Shown: positions 56,504 through 64,000 of the stretch, in pieces | Layout: each line of letters begins with the position of its first letter | Position numbering within the stretch: the stretch's first letter is position 1 | Virus record (IMG/VR): IMGVR_UViG_3300025117_000049 | Location: 1-64,000 of that record | Source: a virus | Length of the DNA: 64,000 nucleotides | Strand: one strand, 5' to 3' | Program-made: the position numbers and the translations under genes | Notes under the pieces: model-generated | The model's database searches: none | Told to the model about the DNA's origin: nothing | Seen by the model: the letters and a program-made list of their open reading frames with translations, nothing else

Positions 56504-57050
56504 ACTTTTACTTTCAGTCAGCTTGGTTACATTGCTGGTGCCCTCGGTGTTTGCTGCCCAAGTCACAGCAAACTTTATCGTTCCGTTTGATCCTGTCACT
56601 CGCCAAACTGCTCTCCCCCTCGACAAAGACGGTCAGCCGGTGAAGGCTGATCGCTGGCACTTGGCGAAAGAGAAAGGCAATCTGGTGATGGTACAGGTTC
56701 GGGCGGATGAGAAGATTATTGCGGGTATGAAAGCCGACAGTGCCTCTGCAACCCCGACCTACCGATTTGTCGAGGTCAAGACCTACGACCCCTTGGCCGT
56801 GAAAGAAATCCAGGCAAACCCGGAGGCCACTAAAACTTTCCTGACCAAAGCCGTTCCCCTGGCGGACCTGCTCAAACAAGACTGGAGTACCCCGGAGAAG
56901 GGTGTAGAGGCTGTGGTGAAGTGCTTTGGAGGGAAGATGGCCGAGTATCAGAGCGGTGGCATTGGGACAGCAGTAGTTGAGAAAGAACCCTTACCTATAG
57001 AGCCAATAAAAGAACCTTTACCGATAAAGGACCCTGTGGTGGCTAAATGA
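56496..57050 (+). CDS. signal-peptide-bearing hypothetical protein
   Basis: MIKLLLSVSLVTLLVPSVFAA; C-terminal KEPLPI duplication. Confidence 0.65.
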   Translation: MIKLLLSVSLVTLLVPSVFAAQVTANFIVPFDPVTRQTALPLDKDGQPVKADRWHLAKEKGNLVMVQVRADEKIIAGMKADSASATPTYRFVEVKTYDPLAVKEIQANPEATKTFLTKAVPLADLLKQDWSTPEKGVEAVVKCFGGKMAEYQSGGIGTAVVEKEPLPIEPIKEPLPIKDPVVAK

Positions 57051-58072
57051 GATTCAAGGCAGCAATTCTTACAGAGCTTAACAAACCCCTGGTGATAGAT
57101 GAACTTGATATTCCGGTCCTGGATGTAGGACAGGTACTGGTCAAGGTTCATGCCAGCGGTATCTGCGGTGCCCAGATCGGGGAGATATCGGGGGCCAAAG
57201 GGCTGGATAAGTGGCTCCCCCACCTGCTCGGACACGAGGGCGGAGCCGAGGTCTTAGAGACAGGCCTAGGTGTGACCCAGGTCAAGCCCGGGGATCATGT
57301 GGTAATGCACTGGCGCAAGGGCCAGGGGATAGAGGCCAAACCGCCACGGTACAAATGGGGGTGGATGCCACCTAATGGATCCGTTGGAGGCGGCTGGGTC
57401 ACCACATTCAACGAGATGGCCGTGGTTTCCGAGAATCGCCTGACCCCCATTCCTAAGGACATCTCCTTTGATGTGGCCGCCCTTATGGGTTGCGCAGTGA
57501 CCACTGCCCTGGGCATGGTCAACAATGAGGCTAAGATCATGATTGGAGAGTCGGTGGCGGTGGCTGGGGCTGGCGGGGTTGGCCTCAATGTCATCCAGGC
57601 GGCGTTTCTGGCCGGGGCTAATCCGATCCTGGCATACGACAGGGTCAGCGCTAAGGCAGATCAGGTCTTTTTCCTGGGTGGTGACTTTACCGATGATATC
57701 GAGACACTGAAACAAGCCGGGCCGTTTGATGTCTTTGTCGACACCACCGGGGATTGTAATATGATTTCCCTGGGTTATGACCTCATCAAGCCAGTGGTCG
57801 GCCGCCTGGTCCTTCTCGGCCAGCCCCACTACGAAGCCTGTCTATCCCTGCCCGGTTTTAGGCGCCATTACTGTGGCAAGACAATCCTGGACAGTCAGGG
57901 TGGCCTCACAGATCCCAATATGGATATTCCCCGTTACCTGGGGCTATGGAAAGCTGGGCGCCTGCCGGTCGAGCAGCTGATTACTTACAGGTTCTCGTTG
58001 GATCAGGTCAATAAAGCCCTTGACATGGTCAGGTCGGGCATTGCCGGCCGGGTCATCCTGGAAATGGAGTAA
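57047..58072 (+). CDS. zinc-dependent (MDR) dehydrogenase
   Basis: GICG, GHEG, GCAVTT, GAGGVG. Confidence 0.9.
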   Translation: MRFKAAILTELNKPLVIDELDIPVLDVGQVLVKVHASGICGAQIGEISGAKGLDKWLPHLLGHEGGAEVLETGLGVTQVKPGDHVVMHWRKGQGIEAKPPRYKWGWMPPNGSVGGGWVTTFNEMAVVSENRLTPIPKDISFDVAALMGCAVTTALGMVNNEAKIMIGESVAVAGAGGVGLNVIQAAFLAGANPILAYDRVSAKADQVFFLGGDFTDDIETLKQAGPFDVFVDTTGDCNMISLGYDLIKPVVGRLVLLGQPHYEACLSLPGFRRHYCGKTILDSQGGLTDPNMDIPRYLGLWKAGRLPVEQLITYRFSLDQVNKALDMVRSGIAGRVILEME

Positions 58073-58075
58073 TTT

Positions 58076-58324
58076 ATGACAGACAGAGAAAAATTGTATT
58101 TAAAGGAAGACTTGCAAAAGGTGTTTTGGTTCTTCTTAATGGGTTTATTGGGAGCTTTTCTTTTCGTTACTCCCTTTAAGACATTGCAACTTATAGGTGC
58201 TGGATTTTTATGTCTATCGCTTATAGTAATTACTGCTGGGCTTGACTCATATTTCTTCTGGAAATCTGTGTATGAAGAGAAAAACGAAGGTGGCATTTAT
58301 GGTGGCTTTGATTCCCTACTATAA
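58076..58324 (+). CDS. small 2-TM membrane protein
   Basis: Two hydrophobic segments; AT-rich. Confidence 0.5.
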   Translation: MTDREKLYLKEDLQKVFWFFLMGLLGAFLFVTPFKTLQLIGAGFLCLSLIVITAGLDSYFFWKSVYEEKNEGGIYGGFDSLL

Positions 58325-58336
58325 GGCATTAATCGC

Positions 58337-58996
58337 ATGAAAACAGTATTAATAACCGGGGCCAACCGGGGCCTGGGGCTAGAGCTAGCCCAAGCATTCT
58401 CTGACTCGGGCTACAAGCTGATCCTCCATTGTCGCAAGGATGGGGGATTCCTACGGCTCAGGTTCCCGACTGCCAAGGTGGTGACAGGCGACCTCCGCTC
58501 CCCTCTGGTGCTGGATGAGCTTGGGTCGCTCAGTGAGTGGGTTGACATCCTGGTGAACAATGCCGGGGTGCGGGTCGCAAACAAGATTGACAATATCTTG
58601 GATAGACAGATCAGGAAAATGTTGGATGTCAACCTTATGGCCCCGATAATCCTGACTAGGTTGCTCTGGCCGGCTCTGGCCTCCAGGAAGGGGATGATTG
58701 TTAATATTGGATCATTGGCTGGGCAGTCGGGCGGCCCTGGTGAGTCAATCTATGCGGCCACCAAGGCCGGGCTCGCAGCCTTTTCCGAAACTCTTCAATA
58801 TGATGCTACCACGGCCGGAGTCAGGGTGGTAAACATCAGCATAGGAGCCATGAAGACAGACATGACTTCAGATCGCAGGGATAGAGATAAGTTGATCGAT
58901 CCTGCCGAGGCGGCAAGATTCATCGTTGATGTTTGCAATCGGGAACACTCCACAATCAGGATTTCATCCTACGAGCTGAGACGGGGACTGTATTGA
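58337..58996 (+). CDS. short-chain dehydrogenase/reductase
   Basis: TGANRGLG, NNAG, YAATK. Confidence 0.92.
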   Translation: MKTVLITGANRGLGLELAQAFSDSGYKLILHCRKDGGFLRLRFPTAKVVTGDLRSPLVLDELGSLSEWVDILVNNAGVRVANKIDNILDRQIRKMLDVNLMAPIILTRLLWPALASRKGMIVNIGSLAGQSGGPGESIYAATKAGLAAFSETLQYDATTAGVRVVNISIGAMKTDMTSDRRDRDKLIDPAEAARFIVDVCNREHSTIRISSYELRRGLY

Positions 58997-59940
58997 ATAT
59001 CGGCGGCAATGTCATGGTCATCGGGGATGTCATGCTGGATGAATACATCTTGGGAGAGACATCCAGGATTTCCCCGGAGGCTCCTGTCCCCGTAGTCGAG
59101 GTGGCCTCCCGTGAGCGTACCCTGGGCGGTGCCGGAAATGTGGCTTTGAACCTTGTTTCTCTCGGCTGCAAGACCTGGCTGTTTGGAGCTAGGGGTTCTG
59201 ACCGCTCCGGGGACCGGCTTTGTGCCCTCCTTTCGAATAATGGCATTCTGGATCGGCTGGAGATCGACCCAGCCCTGCCTACGACCACCAAGACCAGGAT
59301 TATCGCCAATGGCCAGCAGCTACTCAGGTTTGACGAAGAGAAGCGGTTTAATGGGTGGCACGGCAATTATGACATTATGATCTCAGATGCAATCACCACT
59401 CTGGCTGCCCAGATGGTCGGGGCTGTGGTTCTGTCTGACTACAATAAAGGGGTATTGTCCAGGGACCTGACATCCAGGTTGATCGACACTTGCCGGGGTA
59501 TGGGCATCCCCATTCTGGTGGACCCCAAGCGGGGCGAATGGGATATCTATCATGGTGCCAGTCTGGTCAAGCCGAATCTGATGGAGCTATCCCAGGCCGC
59601 TGATATCCCGCTTCACAAGTTGGTTAATGGGGAGATTGAATCAGCCTCCAGGAGACTCATGAAGGAACATGACATTGGTGCGGTTCTGGTCACCATGGGT
59701 GCCAAGGGAATGCTCTTGATTGATGACCAGACCACCGAGGCCATAGAATCGAAAGCCCAGGAGGTATTTGATGTCTCTGGTGCCGGGGATACTGTAGTGG
59801 CTGTCATGGCCGCCTGCCTGTGCTCGGGTCATGGACTGTTGGAATCGGCCCGTATGGCCAATGCTGCGGCAGGGATTGTAGTGGGCAAGCGAGGCACTAG
59901 ACCGGTGGCCCTGGCGGAGTTGGAGGCGGCCCATGATTGA
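58993..59940 (+). CDS. HldE/RfaE-type sugar-phosphate kinase domain (PfkB family)
   Basis: GDVMLD, RISPEAPVPV, LSDYNKG, DVSGAGDT. Confidence 0.9.
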   Translation: MNIGGNVMVIGDVMLDEYILGETSRISPEAPVPVVEVASRERTLGGAGNVALNLVSLGCKTWLFGARGSDRSGDRLCALLSNNGILDRLEIDPALPTTTKTRIIANGQQLLRFDEEKRFNGWHGNYDIMISDAITTLAAQMVGAVVLSDYNKGVLSRDLTSRLIDTCRGMGIPILVDPKRGEWDIYHGASLVKPNLMELSQAADIPLHKLVNGEIESASRRLMKEHDIGAVLVTMGAKGMLLIDDQTTEAIESKAQEVFDVSGAGDTVVAVMAACLCSGHGLLESARMANAAAGIVVGKRGTRPVALAELEAAHD

Positions 59941-60700
59941 ACAATTCCTATCCGAAATCAAGGTCTATGATTTGCCTGTAACCAAAGGCAGGCTTGGCAA
60001 CGAGGCCGATGGCGGCTATGTGGTTGCAATGGAGCACCTGGCCCTGGCAGAGAACCTATACAGTTTCGGCATCGGCAATGATGTGGGATTTGAGCTGGAT
60101 TTTCTTCAGATGTTCCCAAGAGCTGGGGTTTTCCTGTTTGACCCGACCATTCAGGCTCCTCCGGTAGCCCATGAGCAATTCAGGTTTTTTCGCCAGGCTG
60201 TCGATTGCAATTCCAGGGATGGGGGCCTGCCGGAGAATGTTCCGTTTGATTCCATGCTCAAGATCGATGCTGAGTGGGCTGAGTGGGAAGCCCTGCTGGA
60301 AATGCCCCTCAACAGGTTACAGTTCAGTCAGATAATCATTGAATTCCATGTCCTTCATATGGAGCCTCGTTTCGGACTGTCGCCGTATTTCACCAACCTG
60401 TATCGGTCACTGACAGACAGACAGAATGAGCAGCTGTTCCGGTTATATAGTCATGTCATGGTCTGGCTGAATACCTGGTACAGATGCTTCCATATCCATG
60501 TCAATAACTCCTTACCCATGGTCAAGGTCAGTGGCCATACATTTCCGCCGTTGCTGGAAATGACCTTCCTGCGTAATGACCTGGCAGGGACCGATATCAA
60601 GCCAACGGCAGGGCCGTTCCCGGTTCCTGGACTGGATTTTCCCAATAAGAAAGATCGACCAGATGTAATTAACTGGTTTCCTCTAATCAAGGAGGGGTGA
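59933..60700 (+). CDS. FkbM-like methyltransferase
   Basis: RLGNEADGGY, YSFGI, LKIDAE, IEFH. Confidence 0.7.
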   Translation: MIEQFLSEIKVYDLPVTKGRLGNEADGGYVVAMEHLALAENLYSFGIGNDVGFELDFLQMFPRAGVFLFDPTIQAPPVAHEQFRFFRQAVDCNSRDGGLPENVPFDSMLKIDAEWAEWEALLEMPLNRLQFSQIIIEFHVLHMEPRFGLSPYFTNLYRSLTDRQNEQLFRLYSHVMVWLNTWYRCFHIHVNNSLPMVKVSGHTFPPLLEMTFLRNDLAGTDIKPTAGPFPVPGLDFPNKKDRPDVINWFPLIKEG

Positions 60701-61431
60701 TGCTTAACGAACGCTCAAAACAGATCAGGCGGGATACAATAGCTCTTTCTAAGGCCAATGGCGGCTACCACTATGGGGGCTGTTTCTCCTATGTGGAAAT
60801 CCTGATTGCCTTGTTCGACCATGTCATGGGTCCAGATGACCGTTTCATCTTGAGCAAGGGACACGCCTGCTGGCCGTTGTATGTGATCTTACGGGAACGG
60901 GGCCTCAACCCCAAGCTTGGGGGCCATCCGGAACGAGACCCAGCCAACGGCATCTGGGCCACCACCGGCTCTTTGGGCCATGGCCTGCCGACTGCCGTGG
61001 GCATGGCCCAGGCCAAGAAGATGAGAAATGAGTCGGGCCGCATCTTCGTGGTCATGGGCGATGGTGAGTGCCAGGCCGGAACCATCTGGGAGTCTATGCT
61101 GATTGCCGCTAGGTTCAAGCTGGATAATCTCGTGGTTATCGTGGACTGGAATGGGATCCAAGGGTCGGACTTCTGCGATAAGGTGCTCGATGCTGGGGGA
61201 GTCCGGGAGCTCGGGCTAGCTGCCATCACTGGTTGGGAAGGAGTCCAGGTTGATGGCCATGACCTGGTTGAGCTTACTGATATTCTGTTCCAGGGATATC
61301 CGAGACCGGCCATGGTCGTTGCCATTACCGTCAAGGGCAAAGGGGTTTCGTTCATGGAAGATGTCCCAAAGTGGCATGCATGTTGGCTGGCGCCCGCCCA
61401 AGAAAAACAAGCCCTTGAGGAGCTGGGATGA
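60697..61431 (+). CDS. transketolase N-terminal (TPP-binding) subunit
   Basis: FILSKGH, TGSLGHG, GDGE...N. Confidence 0.92.
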   Translation: MMLNERSKQIRRDTIALSKANGGYHYGGCFSYVEILIALFDHVMGPDDRFILSKGHACWPLYVILRERGLNPKLGGHPERDPANGIWATTGSLGHGLPTAVGMAQAKKMRNESGRIFVVMGDGECQAGTIWESMLIAARFKLDNLVVIVDWNGIQGSDFCDKVLDAGGVRELGLAAITGWEGVQVDGHDLVELTDILFQGYPRPAMVVAITVKGKGVSFMEDVPKWHACWLAPAQEKQALEELG

Positions 61432-62210
61432 ATCTTAATGATATCGTCTTCGTTCCTTCAGTCCAGCATACGGGGACCTGGTTCGCCATCAATTTCCTGC
61501 GGAACTTTATCCCTAGGAACCGGGAACTCCAGTTTGTTTTGGAGAAGGAGTTGGGACCGGGCGGGGCCGATATCAGGCACGAACATAAGTATGACAATCC
61601 CCTGGTGGAGTCGACAATCGTCCATACCCATTTTCCCATTGTCCGCAACCTGAATATGGATGTAAACTGGCCAGAAGGAGAATTTTTCAGACGCTGGTAT
61701 GCCAACCTGGGGACCTTACGTTCGCTCCCGCTCCAGACTATCCTTCTGTTCTGCAATTTCTTCAAGACTGTGATCCCGGTTAGGGACCCTATGGCAGCCA
61801 TATTGACCCGGGAGGCCAGACACCCCCAACTCAGGCACTTTTACATCGTTGACGGATTCGTGGCCATGGCCACCGAGTTCGCCAAGCATCCAAATGTCAA
61901 GTTTCTGCCGGTGGACGCTGCCATCACTGTAGAGCAGAAAGCGGCCTTGCTCCGGGATACCCTGACCCATGTTGGGATTGACCCGAACAGTCATCTGCCA
62001 TTGCTTCATTCCCTGGCCCATAAGTGGCTCCCAGAGAATGTTACCCCAGGGAACCGCTTCAAATGGATGTATGAACATGGCGATCTGGATGGGCTGCGGG
62101 TTCTTCTGGGCGCCAAGTGGGCAGAGGTAGAGTACTTAAAGAACATGTCGTCGGTCATTCTGCCGTTTATGGCCAGCCTGGGCTATACCAGGGCACAGTT
62201 GAGGTATTAA
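61428..62210 (+). CDS. sulfotransferase-fold (P-loop-like) protein
   Basis: SVQHTGT and VIPVRDP resemble the 5'PSB/3'PB motifs. Confidence 0.45.
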   Translation: MNLNDIVFVPSVQHTGTWFAINFLRNFIPRNRELQFVLEKELGPGGADIRHEHKYDNPLVESTIVHTHFPIVRNLNMDVNWPEGEFFRRWYANLGTLRSLPLQTILLFCNFFKTVIPVRDPMAAILTREARHPQLRHFYIVDGFVAMATEFAKHPNVKFLPVDAAITVEQKAALLRDTLTHVGIDPNSHLPLLHSLAHKWLPENVTPGNRFKWMYEHGDLDGLRVLLGAKWAEVEYLKNMSSVILPFMASLGYTRAQLRY

Positions 62211-62220
62211 GGAGCTAATC

Positions 62221-62703
62221 ATGCGCGTGCAATTTGGGAAAACTATCGTAAAACTTGCCAGCAAAGACGAACGGATCGTTTTGTTGTCCGGAGATGTCCT
62301 CCAGGAGATGGACGAATTTCAGGAGAAGTTTCCCGATCGCTTCTTCAACCTCGGCATCTGTGAGCAGAGTATCATCGGGGTGGCCGCCGGTCTGGCCATC
62401 GGGGGCATGAGGCCTGTGGTCTATTCGCTGACCCCTTTTGTCTTGGAGCGGCCATTCGAAGCCGTGAAGATAGACATCGACGAGCAGAACCTTCCGGTCA
62501 TGTTGATTGGGTTCAGTGACTATCCCACCCATGGTCCGACACACAGGCCCCTCAATGCCGAAGGTCTAGTGGCCCTGTTCAAGAACATTCATGGGTTCTT
62601 TCCCCGAAGCTCAATGGAGACAGAGAAGGCCATGCTCGACGCCTATCTGATGGGCGTCCCGGCCGCCATCTGCCTCAAGAAAGAAGGGTTGCCATTCATA
62701 TGA
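62221..62703 (+). CDS. transketolase pyrimidine-binding subunit (no C-terminal domain)
   Basis: FPDRFFNLGICEQ, HGPTH. Confidence 0.9.
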   Translation: MRVQFGKTIVKLASKDERIVLLSGDVLQEMDEFQEKFPDRFFNLGICEQSIIGVAAGLAIGGMRPVVYSLTPFVLERPFEAVKIDIDEQNLPVMLIGFSDYPTHGPTHRPLNAEGLVALFKNIHGFFPRSSMETEKAMLDAYLMGVPAAICLKKEGLPFI

Positions 62704-63362
62704 ACCGAGTCAAATATGCTGAAACATTGGGCCGATTGCTCTTGAACCCTCCGGAGGGATTTCAGGTGGTGGCCAATCACATAGACGATTCTGGAGTCCA
62801 TCCAGAATCTTTCGTTGATTATGAATGTGCCTTTGCTGCACAGGCCCTGAAACCCACCAAGTCTCGAATGGTTCTTGACGTGGGGTCATATCGGCACTTC
62901 GTCCTGGGGCTGACCTCGTGTTATGATGTGACCTCGGTCGATGTCCGCCTGAGGCAAGCCCTGGGACCGAACGAGGCAAGTGTAGCCTGTGATGCCAGCA
63001 GATTGCTATTGGCCCAGGGAAGATTCGATGCAGTGGTCAGCCTCTGTTCCCTGGAACACTTTGGCCTTGGCCGCTACGGTGATCCCCTGGACCTGGGGGC
63101 CGATGCCAAGGCATTTGCAGAATGGATTAGGGTGCTCAAGCCAGGTGGTCATCTTATATTCAGTACCACCATCGGGCATCCCTGCATCTGTTTCAATGCT
63201 CATCGGATTTACAGCCATGGGATGATCCAGGGATTCTGCTCTGGCATGGAACTGGTCAAGGAGCAGGTTTATAGTAAGGACCTGGGGATGGTACCGGTAG
63301 GACAAGAAGTTCAACGACTGGGTTGGTGGGATATCTATCTCGGACACTGGAGGAAACCCTAA
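62700..63362 (+). CDS. class I SAM methyltransferase (DUF268-like)
   Basis: VLDVGS, SLEHFGLGRYGDP, FNAHRIY. Confidence 0.8.
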   Translation: MNRVKYAETLGRLLLNPPEGFQVVANHIDDSGVHPESFVDYECAFAAQALKPTKSRMVLDVGSYRHFVLGLTSCYDVTSVDVRLRQALGPNEASVACDASRLLLAQGRFDAVVSLCSLEHFGLGRYGDPLDLGADAKAFAEWIRVLKPGGHLIFSTTIGHPCICFNAHRIYSHGMIQGFCSGMELVKEQVYSKDLGMVPVGQEVQRLGWWDIYLGHWRKP

Positions 63363-63364
63363 CC

Positions 63365-64000
63365 ATGGGGAATATCAATTGTGTATGCGGCTGTGATAAG
63401 GTCGAGGCAGTGGAGCAGGAGGCCTATCAGGTTAGCCAGGCAGGAGTCACCTCCAAGGTCGAGGGCGAGGCTACAGCCTTGGGAAGATGCACCGAGTGCG
63501 GAGTCATCCGCCAGCTGGAGATGCCGTTTGTCAATGAGGAAGAGTACCAGCAATATTATCGGACCCAGTATGCCCCGGTCGGGGGTGACTACAAGGCCAA
63601 GGATTACAAACACGACTTGAAGCTGGCTGCCAGTCGTTGCAAGGACTATGGGGTCAAGGCCGGACTCAGAATTCTTGATGTGGGCTCCGGGTCCGGGGCC
63701 TTTGTGGATGAGGCCAGAAGGATAGGTGCTGAGGCCTATGGCTGCGAGATCGGCAAGTATCATTATGCTGGCAAGGCCGATGACGAGTTTGTCTATCGGA
63801 AACGGTTCGAGGATGTTAACTTCCCCACCGATCATTTCGACATGGTGGTCTGTCATGATGTCCTGGAGCACGTTCTGGATCCAGCCAAGTTTGTTTCCGA
63901 ACTGCTCAGAGTGACCAAGCAGCATGGAGTCTGCTTCCTGGATTTTCCCAGGTATTTCCATGAAGCTGGTCGCCACCACTGGAAGCGGTTTGAGCATGTC
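63365..64000 (+). CDS. class I SAM methyltransferase (runs off the window's right edge)
   Basis: Read manually: MGNINCVCG...CTECG...RILDVGSGSG...HDVLEH. Confidence 0.85.
   Translation, partial: MGNINCVCGCDKVEAVEQEAYQVSQAGVTSKVEGEATALGRCTECGVIRQLEMPFVNEEEYQQYYRTQYAPVGGDYKAKDYKHDLKLAASRCKDYGVKAGLRILDVGSGSGAFVDEARRIGAEAYGCEIGKYHYAGKADDEFVYRKRFEDVNFPTDHFDMVVCHDVLEHVLDPAKFVSELLRVTKQHGVCFLDFPRYFHEAGRHHWKRFEHV

Noticed and set aside
60697-62703. Transketolase as a pentose-phosphate auxiliary metabolic gene
   Set aside because: The split, truncated form among methyltransferases and a sugar kinase fits glycan biosynthesis better.

Overview
Part of a large tailed dsDNA phage genome; the host is probably an anaerobic Gram-negative bacterium (low-confidence inference from the thymidylate-synthase type, DUF362 and the Fe-S enzymes). 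The layout is divergent. The minus arm (1-33.6 kb) carries early and replication genes: DnaE, beta-clamp, DnaB-like helicase, primase, two SNF2 helicases, nucleotide enzymes, tRNA-Pro and a sigma-like factor. The plus arm (33.8-64 kb) carries late genes: TerS, a sigma factor, TerL, portal, MuF, prohead protease/scaffold, capsid, exported proteins and a sugar-modification cluster. Highlights read directly from the sequence: (1) a two-cysteine peptide tag (S)NPCH-x(5 or 9)-FC repeated six times, each heading an AT-rich cargo domain (four look like ADP-ribosyltransferases) that is either free-standing or fused into portal, MuF or protease, suggesting a protease-released capsid-cargo system; (2) three hammerhead-ribozyme motifs punctuating the early operon, two of them using the upstream gene's UGA stop as part of the catalytic core; (3) GIY-YIG-like endonucleases that sit between a stranded 5' stub and a re-coded new 5' end of essential genes (helicase, portal); (4) a candidate DNA-modification cluster (two SPL-like radical SAMs, DUF362, a DUF2156-like transferase and a variant thymidylate synthase); (5) a phage-borne glycan pathway next to the capsid genes. 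All family assignments are motif recognition by eye; no searches were run.
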